A stretch of DNA of 64,000 bases from Myxococcota bacterium (lineage in GTDB: Bacteria > Myxococcota_A > UBA796 > SXON01), in NCBI GenBank assembly GCA_040386535.1, contig JAZKFH010000025.1, positions 128,001 through 192,000 of the forward strand, written 5' to 3'. The translations under genes were made by a program, and so were the position numbers. Shown in pieces: positions 60,990-64,000 of this stretch; the first letter of the stretch is position 1; each line of letters starts with the position of its first letter. Under the pieces are notes generated by a model. That model saw nothing but the letters and a program-made list of their open reading frames with translations, ran no database searches and was not told the DNA's origin.

Positions 60990-62434
60990 TCCGCGTCCCA
61001 GTAGCCGCGCGCCTTGAGCTGCTCGCGCAGAGCCGGTGGGGTCTCGATCGCGGCGTCGGTGACCGGGAGGTGGAGGGTGCTCTCCCAGGCGACGAGCTCG
61101 CCGCGGAGCGCCTCCTGCGCCTCGATCGGCAGGCCGGGGGAGGCCTCGAACGCGGGCCCGGGGAGCTGCGCGGTGGCGAGCAGATCGTTGAGCGCGGGCT
61201 CCGTGGACTGGACGCCCATGTAGGTGAGGCGGCCCGCCGCGCTGCGGGCCGAGGCCATGCGGAAGCCCTTTCCGCCGAGGGTGATGGCGACGTCGCGCCC
61301 GGGGAAGGGGGCTCCCTCGAGTGCGGGCACCAGCGAGGAGCCGCGGATGCCGGCCGGCGGTTCGGCGCCCACGAGCGCCAGGAGGGTGGGGAGCACGTCG
61401 ACGAGCTCGACGAGGCCGTCTACCCGCCGGCCGCCACCCTCCGCCCCGGGCAGGCGCACCAGGAGCGGCACGTGGGAGACCTCGTCGCCCAGCGAACAAC
61501 AGCGGTGGTACAGCCCGTTTTCGCCGAGCTGCTCGCCGTGGTCGGCGAGCACGACGATGACGGTGTCGTCGAGGCGGCCACGCTGGGCCAGCCGCGCCAT
61601 GAACGTGCCGAACCAGGCGTCGGCGTAGGACACGGCGCCGTCGTACACGTCGTGGACGAGGGCCTCCTGGTCGGCGCTCACGGGGGCCAGCGGCGGCTGC
61701 ACGGCGTCACCCAGCTCCGCCAGGGCGGCCCGCGCGGCGGGCGAGCGGGGGCGAAGATATTTCTGCGTCACGATGTCGAGCAGCTCGACGCTGGGGTGCA
61801 TCCGGCCGTCCATCACGTGATGCGTGGAGCGGAGGATCTCCCGCTCGCGGGGGGCCACGGGCAGCGCCTCCGCGTGCACGAGCCCGAACGGGGCGGGCTT
61901 GAGGTAGGCGGCGTGGGTGTCGTAGCTGTGCACGAACAGGAAGAACGGTCGCGACGGGTCGCTGGCGTCCAGCCACTCCAGGGCCAGGGGGACCGTGTGG
62001 TAGAGGGACCCGAAGTCGACCGCGCTCACATAGCTGTCGAACCCCTTGGTCGGCCCGATCTCGGGTGCCAGGTCCGCGCCCGCCACTCGCGCCGCCGTCT
62101 GGTAGCCGTAGGCGCCCAGCACCTGCGGCAGTGTGTACATGTCCGCCGGGATGTTCGCCGCGCGTGTGCTCCCCGCGGACTCGGGCGGGTAGCGGCTGGT
62201 GAACAGGCTCGTGTGCGAGGGCGTCGTGATCGTCGCCTGGCTGTACGCCTGGGTGAACACGACGCTCTCGGCCGCGAAGTGGTCGAGGTTGGGCGTGAGC
62301 CCGTCCGGGTTGCCGAGGGCGCCCACCCGGTCGGCACGAAAGGTGTCGAGCGACACGAGGAGGATGTTGGGCGGGCCCTCGCGAGCGGGGGCGCACGCGG
62401 TCCAGGACACCATCAGGGCGAGGGGGAGGCGCAT
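60986..62434 (-). CDS. Sulfatase-family lipoprotein
   Basis: PNILLVSLDTFRAD, TPNLD, TTPSH, YDTHAAY, LADHGE, HVPLL. Confidence 0.88.
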   Translation of the reverse strand: MRLPLALMVSWTACAPAREGPPNILLVSLDTFRADRVGALGNPDGLTPNLDHFAAESVVFTQAYSQATITTPSHTSLFTSRYPPESAGSTRAANIPADMYTLPQVLGAYGYQTAARVAGADLAPEIGPTKGFDSYVSAVDFGSLYHTVPLALEWLDASDPSRPFFLFVHSYDTHAAYLKPAPFGLVHAEALPVAPREREILRSTHHVMDGRMHPSVELLDIVTQKYLRPRSPAARAALAELGDAVQPPLAPVSADQEALVHDVYDGAVSYADAWFGTFMARLAQRGRLDDTVIVVLADHGEQLGENGLYHRCCSLGDEVSHVPLLVRLPGAEGGGRRVDGLVELVDVLPTLLALVGAEPPAGIRGSSLVPALEGAPFPGRDVAITLGGKGFRMASARSAAGRLTYMGVQSTEPALNDLLATAQLPGPAFEASPGLPIEAQEALRGELVAWESTLHLPVTDAAIETPPALREQLKARGYWDAE

Positions 62435-62492
62435 CCGCCTGCGACTGTAGCGCCAGATGCGGGGATCCGCGCCAGCGCTACGATCCCGCGGC

Positions 62493-64000
62493 TCACTCGC
62501 CGATGGCGAGCAGCTCCACCAGGGGGCCGTCCGGGTTCGTGTTGCCGCGCAGATCGATGCGGCCCTCGATCGACCAACGCGCCACGTCCTCCGCCTCTCC
62601 GGTGTCGAACGCGTAGGTGTCGGTCGCGTTGGGATCGAGCGGCGCCAGCAGTGTCTGGCGGACGATCCAGCGGTGGGGGCCGTCGGGCTTGACCGACGTG
62701 AGGGTGGCGAGCCGGGCGCGATGGTCGAACGCCACGTCGCCGTACTCCTCGAGGAACGGCGTGAGGGCGCGCTCGATCTCCTCGGGGCTCCAGGGGCCGT
62801 CCTCGTGGGTCGCATCCGGAGTGCGGCGCACGCTGGCCGAGGCCTCCTCCCAGTCTCGAAGCGAGAACGCACGAACGAGCGCGTGGAGCTCGGCGCGCAC
62901 GCGGGCCATGAACGAGCGACGGTCCTCCGAGATGTCGACAGGGCGGGACGCGTCGGCCGCGGGAGCGTCTCCGCCGGCCATCAAGGTCTCCCACTCGGTG
63001 AGCAGGCTCGCGTCCACCAGCCCGAGCATCGTGCGCAGCCACGCGATGAGGTCGGTGAGGGCGTCGGTGTGCAGATCGACCGGGACGTTCTGGACGAGCG
63101 CCTTGTACACCTCGGTGAGGTAGCGGAGAAGCACGCCTTCGGAGCGCTGAAGCCCGAGATCCTTCACGTAGTCCGAGAAGGAGATGAACGACTCCGCCAT
63201 CTCCCGGACGACCGACTTGGGCCGGATCGCCTCACCGTTCACCCAGGGGTGGCTCGCGGTGTAGGCGTTGAAGAAGTCGTAGATCGCCTGCGCGTTCGGC
63301 TTGGGCCAGGTCACGTCTTCGAGCGCCACGATGCGGTCCTCGAAGGGCACGCCCTGCGCCTTGAGCTCCTGCATGAGCTTGTACTTGGCCTTGTCCTCCT
63401 GCCGCATGAGCACCGCGCGCGGGTGCTCGAGGATGGCCTCGACCCAACTCACGGTGTCGAGTGTGTGGGTAGGGGACGCGGGATCCATCTGGGCGAGCGC
63501 GTGGAGAAGGAACAACGACAACGAGTGGTGCAGGCTGAAGTCGCTCTGGAGCGTGGGGTCGAGCTCCATCGGCCCGCCCTTCTCCACGCCGGTCTGGCCG
63601 ACCAGCCCGGCGTTCACGAGGCCGATGAGCATCGCCTCCGTAGTCGCCCGTAACTTCTCACGTTCCGCCGCGGACGCGTGGCTCTTCTCGATGAGATCCA
63701 GCATCGCCTGGTAGCCGGGCCGCGCGTCTCCCGTGGTCTCCTCGGCGTGCTGCATCAGCGCGAGCAGGCGCCCGTGGTCGACCGAGAAGGTGCTCTCGAG
63801 GGCCTCGGGCGGGCGCTCCACCAGCTGCTTGAAGATCTCCTCGTCCCAGTGTTTGTAGCCCTTGGTCGGCGGCTGGGCCTTCACGATCTTCCTGCGCTTC
63901 TTCGGGTCTGTCACCCGCGCGTCGACCCGCGCGTTCTCGATGACGTGCTCGGGCGCCTGCGCCACGACATACCCGACGGTGTCGAAGCCCGCGCGGCCCG
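62493..64000 (-). CDS. DEAD/DEAH-box helicase with DUF3516-like C-terminus (partial, starts beyond the window)
   Basis: GRAGFDTVGYVVAQAPEH at the window edge; RPKSVVREM, GLQRSEGVLLRYL, WIVRQTL. Confidence 0.8.
   Translation of the reverse strand, partial: GRAGFDTVGYVVAQAPEHVIENARVDARVTDPKKRRKIVKAQPPTKGYKHWDEEIFKQLVERPPEALESTFSVDHGRLLALMQHAEETTGDARPGYQAMLDLIEKSHASAAEREKLRATTEAMLIGLVNAGLVGQTGVEKGGPMELDPTLQSDFSLHHSLSLFLLHALAQMDPASPTHTLDTVSWVEAILEHPRAVLMRQEDKAKYKLMQELKAQGVPFEDRIVALEDVTWPKPNAQAIYDFFNAYTASHPWVNGEAIRPKSVVREMAESFISFSDYVKDLGLQRSEGVLLRYLTEVYKALVQNVPVDLHTDALTDLIAWLRTMLGLVDASLLTEWETLMAGGDAPAADASRPVDISEDRRSFMARVRAELHALVRAFSLRDWEEASASVRRTPDATHEDGPWSPEEIERALTPFLEEYGDVAFDHRARLATLTSVKPDGPHRWIVRQTLLAPLDPNATDTYAFDTGEAEDVARWSIEGRIDLRGNTNPDGPLVELLAIGE

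Overview
This is a very GC-rich bacterial chromosomal window. Gene content and order suggest a Myxococcota/deltaproteobacterial-type diderm (inference). Most of it is a + strand housekeeping run: csrA-like, queA-tgt-yajC-secDF-ihfB, phoH2-birA, coaX, phoH-HD-ybeY-prfB (programmed +1 frameshift), lysS-lolE-lolD-bamA-skp-lpxD-fabZ, lpxA-gnnA-like-lpxB, lptE-holA and scpAB-rluB. rpsU and rpsT lie on the - strand. There are four tRNA genes: Ala-CGC, Leu-TAA and two identical fMet. The most unusual element is a five-gene minus-strand chaperone module (9115-2013). It encodes an Hsp70 whose lid is replaced by an intact VWA/MIDAS domain, a dedicated GrpE, a second lidless Hsp70 with a long linker insertion, a membrane-spanning protein with two HPD-less J-like domains, and a translationally coupled TPR-zincin peptidase. 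Two metal/thiol-chemistry cassettes interrupt conserved gene orders: a divergent DUF692 (MNIO) enzyme plus partner and a Cys-containing lipoprotein between prfB and lysS, and a plant-like phytochelatin synthase coupled to a sulfatase-fold gene between fabZ and lpxA. No transposase, integrase, prophage or CRISPR array was seen. All family calls come from motif recognition by eye; no database searches were run.
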